A DNA stretch of 37,372 nt from Amoebophrya sp. A120 (lineage: Eukaryota; Protista; Dinoflagellata), in contig CAJINV010000024.1 of the NCBI GenBank assembly GCA_905178155.1, positions 141,601 to 178,972 of the forward strand, read 5' to 3'. A model generated the notes under the pieces. It ran no database searches. It saw only the letters and a program-made list of their open reading frames with translations, and was not told the DNA's origin. Position 1 is the stretch's first letter, and the number at the start of each line of letters is the position of its first letter. The translations under genes were made by a program, and so were the position numbers. This document shows, one piece after another, positions 36,986 to 37,372 of this stretch.

Positions 36986-37157
36986 CGGAGGCCAGACAAG
37001 CAAAGTTCTTCCCTTGTTCGCCTGGCCATTTTTTCAGGCAAGAGCAGCTCGCTTTGCAAGTGCCGCGCCATGCTCTCACCGGGGCCGAAGATCTGCCGGC
37101 CCCGGTATGAGCATAGCGTGGCGCCTGTGCTTCAAGATCTATCATCTCCCTCGCCTG

Positions 37158-37372
37158 ACCACCTCCTCAGGCCAGGACATTTTCGCACCCCAAGCACCAC
37201 GCTGCTCTCTTACCTGGCCCAAAAATTTGGCAGGCCAGGTAAGAGAGTGCCGTGGTGCTTGGGCCAACTTTTTTTCGGCTGGCGCGACCTTTTTTCCTTC
37301 CAAGCGCCATGCTATGCTCTTACCTGGCCTCAAACTCTCGAGGCCCAGGTAAGAGCACAGCAGGGCGATTGT
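37158..37372 (-). repeat. Same satellite in inverted orientation, running off the window end
   Basis: Reverse complement of the unit at about 36150-36362 (aggccaggacattttcgcaccccaagcaccacgctgctctcttacctgg). Confidence 0.9.

Noticed and set aside
33940-37372. CRISPR array or repeat-protein genes
   Set aside because: The intervening sequences are repeated rather than unique, there are no cas genes, the context is eukaryotic, and the ORFs shift frame between units.

Overview
Eukaryotic, intron-containing genomic DNA. The unidirectional gene clusters and an inverted-repeat non-canonical intron suggest an alveolate/dinoflagellate-lineage parasite such as Amoebophrya (inference only). Every credible gene lies on the minus strand. 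The window holds: (i) four paralogues of an uncharacterised, signal-peptide-bearing gene family with conserved intron positions and an F-box-like motif (three with 3 exons, one lacking exon 3 in the window); (ii) a 9,307-bp GC-rich, apparently non-coding insertion (9641-18947) with a 5-bp target-site duplication, which is one giant diverged palindrome whose terminal 20-mer recurs as a hairpin at its centre; (iii) a probable long multi-exon gene (about 20.7-29.2 kb) with two copies of an unrecognised domain, one interrupted by an inverted-repeat intron; (iv) a complex hairpin-rich satellite (33.9 kb to the end) that flips orientation at about 36.9 kb; and (v) a 966-N gap that is probably spurious. 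No rRNA, tRNA, CRISPR array or recognisable transposase was found.
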